A stretch of DNA of 64,000 nucleotides. It comes from Fibrobacteria bacterium (GTDB taxonomy: Bacteria; Fibrobacterota; Chitinivibrionia; Chitinivibrionales; FEN-1185). Each line of letters begins with the position of its first letter. Position 1 is the stretch's first letter. The notes under the pieces are model-generated. The model made no database searches and was not told the origin of the DNA. It worked only from the letters and a program-made list of their open reading frames with translations. The position numbers and the translations under genes were made by a program. The stretch spans positions 206,902-270,901 of the forward strand of contig JBBIGR010000001.1 of assembly GCA_037447435.1 (NCBI GenBank), written 5' to 3'. This document shows positions 55,848 to 64,000 of this stretch, one piece after another.

Positions 55848-58800
55848 AGGCCGTTTCCCCATAAAAGCGATACTTGCTTTTCGACAAATTCCGGCCATTC
55901 ATTCTCCAACTCCCATACTGTCGGCCTGGTCATCCAGATGCCGGTCCTTTCGCCGGAAAGGGTACCCCGCAAATAAACGTAGGCAATTCCGCCGAAATGT
56001 TTCACGGGATCATACCCTGCAATGCGCTGTGAAAGCCACCAATGAAGCGCCAAACCGTATACTTTATATTGAACATCGTATAAATGGTGATCCATGTTCT
56101 TTTTTATCGATTGGGCCGAATAATCGCGATTCGCAATCAAATTCGATTTCCAATCGACAATGTAATATTTCCCGTTACGGCAAAAAAGCAAATCCATAAA
56201 CCCCATTATCCATCCTCCGTGAGAATGGCGCTTAGGCATCGCGTCCGGTATTTTTTCCTTTGCCGCAAACGGCCGCCCCGTAGTATCGAAAGCAAAATAA
56301 AACTCCGCTTCGGTTTTCCTGCTTTCCTTGGGGATGTCGGCAAGGGTAAAACGATCGCCCGTATCCGCATCGTACATGAGGGAATTGAGGCTGTTTCGAA
56401 CGCAGTCCGCGGCGGCTGTTATCATTTGCCAATCGCTTTCGGTTTGAGTCAGCATACCCCTTGCGCGCAAGCAATTTTCCACAAGTTTTGCGGGGCAGCT
56501 GCCGTGCGTAAAAGGCGCAGTCCATTCGGCAAAATCCGCCTGTTCCAAAATGTCGTGAAGCGCATTGCCGGTTTTTGCGGACGGTTCCAGAATCTCCCTG
56601 ACGCGATCCGGGCTGTCTTGTACAATTTCCGTATCATGTATTTCGTCGGCACCGGGATTCGCCCGTATACCGAGCTTTTGCGCGATGCGGACAAGCCCCG
56701 AATACGATTGCTGGAACGTTGTGCGCTTCGCCGGAACATTGACGCCCACCGGCCATGTTCCGATGATATTTGGGGTTGCAACTCTATTTGCATCTCGTTT
56801 TGAAAATGAATCCTCTTCATGGGCTGCCCGGTCGTTACTCGCGTAGGCTGTTCGACCATTCACGGTCTTTTTCAATGCATTTTCCAATTCTTTATTGTCC
56901 GACGCCTCGAAAGACAATACGCGCGCATTGTTTTTTTCCCGCAATGCGGCATGAAAAATGCGGCTCAAAAAGAGCACGGATGCTGAATTCGCGTCGTGGC
57001 GTTTTCCGCTGTGAACAATGGAATTCGTTGAAAAATCGTAGGCGTCCCACAGAGGTAAGAAAAGCCGAAATTTCGCGCGCGACAAGGCCACGTAATACAA
57101 ACGCCTGCTTTCCAGTTCTTTTTCGGTTTCGTACAGCGCTTTGCCGCAGGTTTTGTCGAACCAGAAATCCGTGCCGCCTGCTTTGTTCCGCACGCCGTAA
57201 TAATCCCTGCTTTTTTCGGTTCCCTTTCCGCAAGCCAGAAAAACAAAAGGGAATTCCAGCCCTTTTGCCGAATGCATGGTCAATATTTTAACTGCCTTGG
57301 ATTCGGTTTCCTTTTGGAAAATGTCCTCTTCCTCGGATTCGAACAGGTTGCCCGTATGCAGGTTTCTGAGCCGCGCCACCAATTCGGCCAGAGAATCGTG
57401 ATTGTCCAGCAGCCTTCTCATGCAGTAATTTCTTAATTGCCGCATTGCCGCGACCCGCTGTTTAACATCGGGAAGGGTTTTGCACCATGACAAATATGAA
57501 GTATTGCCGAACAATTCGCCGAACATTTCCCCCCATTTTTCATTCGTCGCGAGAGTTGCGCAATGAAAAATAATGGTCACGTTCTTTTCGGATTCGGCAT
57601 CGTAGGTGTCGCCATCGTTTTCCAATTCCGTTGCATGTTGTCCTATGAATTTCGTGAGCATCGCTTTTTTAAGCGCTACGACATTTTGCGGCTGCAGCAC
57701 CGCATCGAGCACGATGAGTAATTGCAGGCATTCCATTGAGGCGAACAAACCCTTGTTGCGCTGTTTTGTATAGGGAATTCCCCGTTGTCTCAGCAATTTC
57801 ATTATCCCGAGCGCTTCGCTGTGTTTTTCTATCAAGATGCAAGTATCGGCTAAATTGCAATTGCGGAGCGCATGTGTTTTTTCGTCCGGTATTGAAAGCG
57901 GCGTTTTACCGCTTGGGAGGCTGGTTGTCAAATACGATATGCAATCGCATATCCACGACGCAAATCGTTGCTGCTTTTCGGCTTTGGTCCGTGTTTCGTT
58001 CCCGTGCTCGGGATTAATTGCATAGAGTTGTTTGAAAACAAGGGGTTTTTTTAACAATTCTAGGCATTGCGGTTCGCAAACGACATCGGCCACCGTGTTC
58101 GCCGATCCCGCCTTCGCATAGGCGATATCGCTTTTTTGTCGCAAAAACCAATCCTGCGGCTCATGGGCCGAAAACAGGCAATTGCACGCGTCGACAATCG
58201 CGGTGCTGCTGCGATAGTTGCAAACAAGTTCCACCTCTTTTGCCTTTGCCAGCCTCAGTTCCCTGGTGGCCCGTAGATATACTGACACATCGGAACCTTG
58301 AAAAGAAAATATGGACTGCTTGGGATCGCCCACGACGTACAAAAAACTTTTTTGCGCCGGCGGCCGGATCGCGGCATCGTCGACAAATATTTTTTTGAAA
58401 ATGTCCCATTGCTGCGTATTGGTGTCCTGAAATTCATCGATTATCCCATAACGGAACCGCTTTCGTAAAACCGGCAGCAATTGATTGTTTGCTTCGTAAA
58501 GCACCGCATGCATCGATAGGATCATGTCGTCGAAAGTCCGAATCCCATGCTCCTGTTTTTTCCGGATAAACGCGGCGTTTGCCCGGTTTAGTATGCCGAA
58601 AAAATCTTCCAGCCTGGCCGCGTCTTCATTTTCCCGCAACGCAGAATGCAGTATGTCAAGGTCCCTGCAAAACTCCCGAAACGGTATGGCGTTGAAGGAG
58701 CCTAAAAAACCGGCTATTGTGTCGTAATCCCGGTAATCTTCCGACGATTCCGAGGCCACGGGCAAAAGCAAATCGGTCGTTTGTTTCTTGATGACCTCAC

Positions 58801-59635
58801 CGTCGAGCGGACTTGCTTTCATATAAGCAATGATATCGTTTGCTTCTGTAAAGCCTGTTTTGCTTAAAAGGGCCTTTAACTGCAAACCCTTCTTCGGTTT
58901 GTCTTTTTTTAATTGCAATGCGCTTTTTATGGTTTTCCAGGCAATGACGTACGGATGATTTTCCGCATTCGCAATACAATATTTCAGTTCAAATTCCTTG
59001 TATGCGGCAAGGATTTGTTTTGCCGCGTTTTGCGGCCGCAGACAATCGGCTTTCTGCGGGTCGTACGACAGTATCATGGACAACACATTGCAATAAAACG
59101 AGTCGATGCCCGACAACTTCCATCGGTCAAGCGTTTCGGAAATTTTTTCATTGCTGTCCCAGAGGCCGGCCAGCAATTCTTTTTGCATAAGATCGCGCAG
59201 CTGCGTTTGCGCAAGAGGTACTGCATCAAGATTTTCCTCGCCGAACATGCTTTGGCTTTCGAAGGCATGGGCGGTTAAAAACCTGTTGCAAAAACCGTGA
59301 ATGGTGAAAATCGCGGCCCGGTCGAATCGGGTGAGGCACCGTTGTATATGGCGAATTAATTCGCTGTTGGGGTTTGCATCAAGACTTTCCGCGAGCTTTG
59401 CTTCGAGTTTCCGGCGTATCCTATACCGCAATTCCTCGGTCGCTTTTTCGGTATAGGTAACGATGCACAATTCTTCAAGGTCGATTTGCCTGTTCCAGGG
59501 ATTGCCTTTGGGCTCGGTCAATATGCGGACAACAAGGTTTTCTATCGTGTAGGTCTTTCCGGTTCCTGCCGACGCTTCGATGTAGCCGTGGTTTTTAAGC
59601 GACAATGCTTCCCAGGCATTTTTTTGCTCAGTCAT
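55844..59635 (-). CDS. recB: Exodeoxyribonuclease V beta subunit
   Basis: ASAGTGKT, TIHGFC, IDEFQD, VGDPKQSI, TMHSAKGLEF, YVALSRA; nuclease GFMDL...IVDWKSN..QY..Y. Confidence 0.95.
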   Translation of the reverse strand: MTEQKNAWEALSLKNHGYIEASAGTGKTYTIENLVVRILTEPKGNPWNRQIDLEELCIVTYTEKATEELRYRIRRKLEAKLAESLDANPNSELIRHIQRCLTRFDRAAIFTIHGFCNRFLTAHAFESQSMFGEENLDAVPLAQTQLRDLMQKELLAGLWDSNEKISETLDRWKLSGIDSFYCNVLSMILSYDPQKADCLRPQNAAKQILAAYKEFELKYCIANAENHPYVIAWKTIKSALQLKKDKPKKGLQLKALLSKTGFTEANDIIAYMKASPLDGEVIKKQTTDLLLPVASESSEDYRDYDTIAGFLGSFNAIPFREFCRDLDILHSALRENEDAARLEDFFGILNRANAAFIRKKQEHGIRTFDDMILSMHAVLYEANNQLLPVLRKRFRYGIIDEFQDTNTQQWDIFKKIFVDDAAIRPPAQKSFLYVVGDPKQSIFSFQGSDVSVYLRATRELRLAKAKEVELVCNYRSSTAIVDACNCLFSAHEPQDWFLRQKSDIAYAKAGSANTVADVVCEPQCLELLKKPLVFKQLYAINPEHGNETRTKAEKQQRFASWICDCISYLTTSLPSGKTPLSIPDEKTHALRNCNLADTCILIEKHSEALGIMKLLRQRGIPYTKQRNKGLFASMECLQLLIVLDAVLQPQNVVALKKAMLTKFIGQHATELENDGDTYDAESEKNVTIIFHCATLATNEKWGEMFGELFGNTSYLSWCKTLPDVKQRVAAMRQLRNYCMRRLLDNHDSLAELVARLRNLHTGNLFESEEEDIFQKETESKAVKILTMHSAKGLEFPFVFLACGKGTEKSRDYYGVRNKAGGTDFWFDKTCGKALYETEKELESRRLYYVALSRAKFRLFLPLWDAYDFSTNSIVHSGKRHDANSASVLFLSRIFHAALREKNNARVLSFEASDNKELENALKKTVNGRTAYASNDRAAHEEDSFSKRDANRVATPNIIGTWPVGVNVPAKRTTFQQSYSGLVRIAQKLGIRANPGADEIHDTEIVQDSPDRVREILEPSAKTGNALHDILEQADFAEWTAPFTHGSCPAKLVENCLRARGMLTQTESDWQMITAAADCVRNSLNSLMYDADTGDRFTLADIPKESRKTEAEFYFAFDTTGRPFAAKEKIPDAMPKRHSHGGWIMGFMDLLFCRNGKYYIVDWKSNLIANRDYSAQSIKKNMDHHLYDVQYKVYGLALHWWLSQRIAGYDPVKHFGGIAYVYLRGTLSGERTGIWMTRPTVWELENEWPEFVEKQVSLLWGNGL

Positions 59636-62600
59636 TTTCCACTTTCCCCCTTGGAACGTGAAAAAAACACTGAAAATCTGTTTCTGCAAATCTTTTCGCC
59701 CAGCGGATCCGACGGGACGATTTTTTCCGCCAAGGCAAGCGATTCAAGATTGATTTTATAGATTTTGTTAAACGCATTATCCGCGTCTTCTTCGAGCAGG
59801 GTTTTGATGTTTTCCTCCGAAAAATCCTTTCCGGTTTCCCAGAGCTCTTCCATGATTTCGAATGGAAAATGGTCGAATCGACGATGCGGATCCCGAATAT
59901 CGTCGATCAATCGTCTCATATAGTCCTTTGCGTCGTTCGAAGTCATTTCGATCGGTACGTTTGCGCAAACCGCTTTCTTGCATTTATCGGAATATCCGAC
60001 GCAACAAAGGGAATATGCGGCATTATTATTAATTGCCAATTGCGCTATGCAATACAGAATCGGTTCCAAAAGCGCTTTCCGTTTTGCGACGCCGCCCGAA
60101 TTCATCGTTTTGTCGGACAAGAGAACGCAGAGGACTTCGCGCCGCAGGGGATTTTGCGGGTCGTATACGATCCTATGCGCCGGTGACCCGAGCCGTATCG
60201 TCGCATTTCCCGAAACAAATTCGTAATACGGCCGTTTCCTTGCGTTAACGACGGTTTCCAGGCGTTCGCACGGCAAACATTCCCATGCCAGCGCGTTTTT
60301 TTCGTGCGCGACGTCGGCAATTGCATTTGCCAATACCGATGTTTCCCGCGAAATTTCGGAACTGTCGAACAACGTAAATCCCGATTCCGGCGCCAATCCC
60401 TGTACTATCACATTATCGTAGACGCTTTTGAGCAGGACGTCCCATTGTTTCTGTAAATCGGGTACGGAAGGCAATGCGGGAATGGCTCCGCCTGTGTTTC
60501 CGAACAGCATCTTCAGGACTTCGTCGCAAAATTCTTGCCTTATTTTCCATCGTATCAATGAATTCGTCGCATACGCGTCCATTGCCTCGGACGGACCGTC
60601 GTTCTCTTCGTCGTATAAATGCAGGTTTTTCTTAAGAGTAAATTCGAGCGGATTTTTTAAAAACGCGGCGCATTGCACGGTTGTAAACGTCAGGACACTG
60701 TTTTGCGGCGTCGATTCGTCCGGATTTGATTTTTTAGCGGGTTTTTGGGTTATTGCTTCGTCGTGCGAAAGGATCGCCGTTTCCCTGCTAAAAGACGGCA
60801 TGTTCCACACCGGACGCTTTTTATTATCGTCGGCCGACAATTCGCCTTCGGCAAGAAGCGGTATATCATGTATCTCGAATTTTTCCACCTCCTCCAACAC
60901 GGCGTCATTGACAAACGACTGTAATTCGAACACCGTGCTGCAGGGCAGCAAATCCGTGTCTTTTGCCAAGTCTTTGCCCACAAAACTTATTATCATCTTC
61001 TCCCGAGCGCATACGAGCAATTCCAAAAAAGCATATTGGGCCTGCCGATACGGCCGCAAATCCCCGGGGACATGATTCCATGTCCTGAGATCGAGCGTGT
61101 CGGCATCGGAATTACCCGGAAACGATCCTTCGTTCATTCCCATAACGTACACTATTCTGAACGGGATCGCACGAGAAGGCCGCACCGCCTGCACCGTTAG
61201 TTTTCCCGTGCAATACGCGCTTTTAACCGGCAATTCGAAATCCGCATGTTCCTTTGCCAATGCCTTGAATTCCTCAAAGTCGAACGCCTTGTCTCCTTCG
61301 AACGAGTCGCGGATTTTTAAAAGCGCAATATCTTCGTAATACCGGTCGCTTACCCGTTCTTCTTCGGCAAAGTCGTCCGAAAACGCGGTCCATGTTCGCA
61401 GAATCCCGATCAGTGTTTTCGATGCCATTGTCCATGATGATACTTTTTTAAGCAAGCAAACATCGCGATACAAAGATTCTATGCTGCTTATACAAGCGCT
61501 GCATTGCTCGGCATTGTTACCGGTCGAATCGGAAACCGGTCGGATGGTTTCAAACGGGTTTTCGATTTCGGTATTGGTCCGGATATCGGTTTGGCTCACA
61601 AAACCTAAAAGCAATCGTTCGAACATTCGTTGCCAGGTATGGGAACAATCCGTATCGATATCGCCGATTTCCTTTTTATGCGCCGCATCCATGCCGTACC
61701 TCACGTTGCATTGCAATGCCCAGCTTTCCCAAATAGCAACGCTGTGCGGCGAAACATCACACGCATTTGCAACGAGCGGATTGCGCAAAAACGAAAAAAC
61801 ATCCGATACCGAAAAGTCTTTTTCGGAAAGCGACAATAGCGCGGTCACGGCCTTACAAAACAGCGAGGTCTTTCCTTGTTCGTCGGCTAAAAGCCAGGGA
61901 ATATAAAACGGCGAATCCGCATTGTTTTCGTCGAGAACTTCGCGAAGCACGGGCCTGTACGCAAGCGGGTCGGTCACGAACACGCCGATATCGGCCGGGC
62001 TCAGAGTCGGGTCATTGCGAAGCGATAAGAGTACATAATCGCGCATGGATTCGACTTCGCGTTTTATGCCCGGAGCGTTGAGCAGGGCAAGCGACGCGTC
62101 GGGCCCGGATTCGGTTTTGCACCGATGCGTCGCGACGTTGCTGCGATGCAACACGCTTTGTTTCACCTGGCCCAAAACCGTATCGCAATCGCCGTCTTTA
62201 TAATGTTCCTCAAACTGATATTCCACTGCCTGGCACCAGAGCGTGATGTTTTCTTTGCCGGCCATACCCCATAAGGTTAAAAGCCTGTTGTCGTCGGGTC
62301 CGCCTGTTTCGGCCGGTGCGTCGAACAATTCGGAAATCGATTTTTCGGACCAGTCATTATTTGTAAACGTGTCCCATTTTTTATCGTCGAACCGCAAACG
62401 GTTTGCGGAAACGCTTTTTTTTATTTTGCCGGTAAGCCGCGGCATTTCCCTTCTGGTCGTATCGACGTCTTCCCAGAACGCGGAACAAGGGTTCAGGGTA
62501 AAAACCGACACGTTTTGCGCCTGGCTTATGCCGACGAGCGCCTGCCTGTGAAAAAGGCTCATGCCCGAAACGCCGAAAACGAAAACCGGCTTTTGTAAAC

Positions 62601-63294
62601 CAGACTCCGTTGCGGCTTGCGCTATTTTGTTCGGTGCGCTTTTCTCGCCGCTTAAGGCGCCGGGCAACGTGACATAGTTTTTTCCCAAGCTCGTTTTTAT
62701 CAGGCCCATTGCTTTATTGTAAAGAATGCGCTGCCAGGATTCCATTGCCAATGCGTCGGGATTTTTTTTGCCGAAATAATTGCTTTGGGGCCACTTCCGC
62801 AAAACGCCCTCATAACGGACATTGCCGAAATTGTCGTATAAATCGGGCCTGCTGTATTCATATTCCAAAAACAGGCTCGACAATCTGCTTGCCAGCCCCA
62901 CCTTGCGGGCCGTTGCCCCGACGCCGCCGTTTCCGGCCAAGTAATTGCGTAATGCGACAATATCCGCGTCGCACTGGCTGCAATCTTCGATTTCCCGCAT
63001 GCAATGCAATAAGGCCTGCAAAAGAAGCGGGCCGTCTATGAGCGAAGGGTTTTGATAGGCGGCGTTCTTTTCGACAAGGGTTTTCCATAAAAATTTTTCT
63101 ATGAACTCGCCGAACAACCCGATAAGCACATTGTTTTTTTTACTCAGGTAAAGCTTAAGCCACTTTTCCACATTCCGGTTGGGCACCAATAAAACAGGCG
63201 CAGACAATGGATTGTCCCACGCTTCCATGATCTTTTCCGAAAAATCCTGGGCAAGGGTTTCGACATCGTTGGAGAAATAAAGTTTCAATGCCAT
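59632..63294 (-). CDS. recC: Exodeoxyribonuclease V gamma subunit
   Basis: LYFSN..E.L, VPN..VEKWL, NPC..FW.D, N.LL..WG, REVE, RAIPF..V...GMNEG.FP. Confidence 0.92.
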   Translation of the reverse strand: MALKLYFSNDVETLAQDFSEKIMEAWDNPLSAPVLLVPNRNVEKWLKLYLSKKNNVLIGLFGEFIEKFLWKTLVEKNAAYQNPSLIDGPLLLQALLHCMREIEDCSQCDADIVALRNYLAGNGGVGATARKVGLASRLSSLFLEYEYSRPDLYDNFGNVRYEGVLRKWPQSNYFGKKNPDALAMESWQRILYNKAMGLIKTSLGKNYVTLPGALSGEKSAPNKIAQAATESGLQKPVFVFGVSGMSLFHRQALVGISQAQNVSVFTLNPCSAFWEDVDTTRREMPRLTGKIKKSVSANRLRFDDKKWDTFTNNDWSEKSISELFDAPAETGGPDDNRLLTLWGMAGKENITLWCQAVEYQFEEHYKDGDCDTVLGQVKQSVLHRSNVATHRCKTESGPDASLALLNAPGIKREVESMRDYVLLSLRNDPTLSPADIGVFVTDPLAYRPVLREVLDENNADSPFYIPWLLADEQGKTSLFCKAVTALLSLSEKDFSVSDVFSFLRNPLVANACDVSPHSVAIWESWALQCNVRYGMDAAHKKEIGDIDTDCSHTWQRMFERLLLGFVSQTDIRTNTEIENPFETIRPVSDSTGNNAEQCSACISSIESLYRDVCLLKKVSSWTMASKTLIGILRTWTAFSDDFAEEERVSDRYYEDIALLKIRDSFEGDKAFDFEEFKALAKEHADFELPVKSAYCTGKLTVQAVRPSRAIPFRIVYVMGMNEGSFPGNSDADTLDLRTWNHVPGDLRPYRQAQYAFLELLVCAREKMIISFVGKDLAKDTDLLPCSTVFELQSFVNDAVLEEVEKFEIHDIPLLAEGELSADDNKKRPVWNMPSFSRETAILSHDEAITQKPAKKSNPDESTPQNSVLTFTTVQCAAFLKNPLEFTLKKNLHLYDEENDGPSEAMDAYATNSLIRWKIRQEFCDEVLKMLFGNTGGAIPALPSVPDLQKQWDVLLKSVYDNVIVQGLAPESGFTLFDSSEISRETSVLANAIADVAHEKNALAWECLPCERLETVVNARKRPYYEFVSGNATIRLGSPAHRIVYDPQNPLRREVLCVLLSDKTMNSGGVAKRKALLEPILYCIAQLAINNNAAYSLCCVGYSDKCKKAVCANVPIEMTSNDAKDYMRRLIDDIRDPHRRFDHFPFEIMEELWETGKDFSEENIKTLLEEDADNAFNKIYKINLESLALAEKIVPSDPLGEKICRNRFSVFFSRSKGESGK

Positions 63295-63306
63295 ATGGTT
63301 TTAGAT

Positions 63307-63338
63307 AAAAAAAGCCCTTCGCATCAACGAAGAGCTTT
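63307..63338 (-). terminator. Rho-independent terminator immediately upstream of recC
   Basis: Minus strand AAAGCTCTTCG-TTGATG-CGAAGGGCTTTTTTT. Confidence 0.7.
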
Positions 63339-63362
63339 GACAACCAACAAATTATTCCACTT

Positions 63363-63551
63363 TTATCGATAACGCTTTATTTGAGCAGCTTCTTCGCTTT
63401 TTCGACGCTTTTCATAAAGTTCTTCAATTTTAGGTTTAATTTCAGAACATAGAGTATCCCTGGTTTTGTAATAATCCTCAATTGAACTAAAATATGGAGT
63501 TACACGGTTCGTATATTTTTCGGGGAGAACGAGGTTTGAATTAACACTCAT
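63363..63551 (-). CDS. Small hypothetical protein (AT-rich)
   Basis: AAAGGAG RBS, TAATG overlap with the upstream ORF. Confidence 0.55.
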   Translation of the reverse strand: MSVNSNLVLPEKYTNRVTPYFSSIEDYYKTRDTLCSEIKPKIEELYEKRRKSEEAAQIKRYR

Positions 63552-63985
63552 TATATCTCCTTTAAATTGTTTTTATATATACAATATGGTACATTGTCAA
63601 CTTTCATATGACAATAATTTTCTTCTTCATTTATCGCTGCACCATTATCAAATATTAGCATTTCAGGAAGATGGATTGCAATCCCGAATTGACTATCAAA
63701 AACATTGCGGGTTGCGTCCCAGATTATTTCTCCGTTACATTTGAAGTCTTTTAAATATAATTCCTGCTCAGAAATTTCACATACCCAGATAAAATGGGGA
63801 AATGGAAATTTTAAATAGAAATTTTTTACTTCTGGCAATGCGACATACCTTTCAAGAGCCTTTTTCTTAAAAGAGCGTCCGGTGGTTAAAAAGATACGAC
63901 GGAACATTGGAACGTTTACACCATTTTTTTGGAAATAATCGATTAACTTGATATTATAGATAAAGGCCCCCGTTACGGAAGAAAG
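63551..63985 (-). pseudogene. AT-rich hypothetical protein, likely the C-terminal fragment of a longer gene broken near 63970-63990
   Basis: RIFLTTGRSFK...PHFIWVCEIS...G.II.DAT reads like a protein C-terminal domain; all three minus frames have stops between 63973 and 63995. Confidence 0.4.
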
Positions 63986-64000
63986 TTATCTTTTAAGATG

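Noticed and set aside
1..64000. Prophage, IS, integrase, reverse transcriptase, rRNA or tRNA
   Set aside because: No such motifs were recognised in any ORF or intergenic region by eye.

Overview
Gene-dense bacterial chromosomal window of moderate GC. It is probably Fibrobacterota (Chitinispirillaceae/Chitinivibrionales-like); this is inferred only from the T9SS/FlgD-like C-terminal domains and the style of the secreted proteins. Left to right: (1) a partial secreted SGNH-hydrolase/ExeM-type nuclease fusion whose nuclease active site looks degenerate; (2) an AAA/DUF4143 ATPase and secreted repeat proteins/lipoproteins; (3) a GDP-mannose epimerase-like gene and a tightly coupled neuB-transferase-aminotransferase-kdnB-neuA/HAD-lysE operon, a candidate amino-ulosonic acid pathway; (4) ParA plus radical SAM, a PHP-GT4 fusion and two apparently truncated convergent genes; (5) an HK-RR-RR/PP2C cassette; (6) potABCD, where potA lacks the Walker B glutamate and D-loop; (7) hisHF, tpx, an outer-membrane barrel-OmpA/lipoprotein pair, a Crp regulator and msrBA; (8) a DNA-repair-rich region with rmuC, an NHEJ operon (two tandem Ku, split LigD, DUF72) behind a sigma54-type promoter, and recCBD; (9) the edge of an AT-rich segment. 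No CRISPR array, rRNA, tRNA, transposase or integrase was seen. All calls come from reading motifs by eye, with no database searches.
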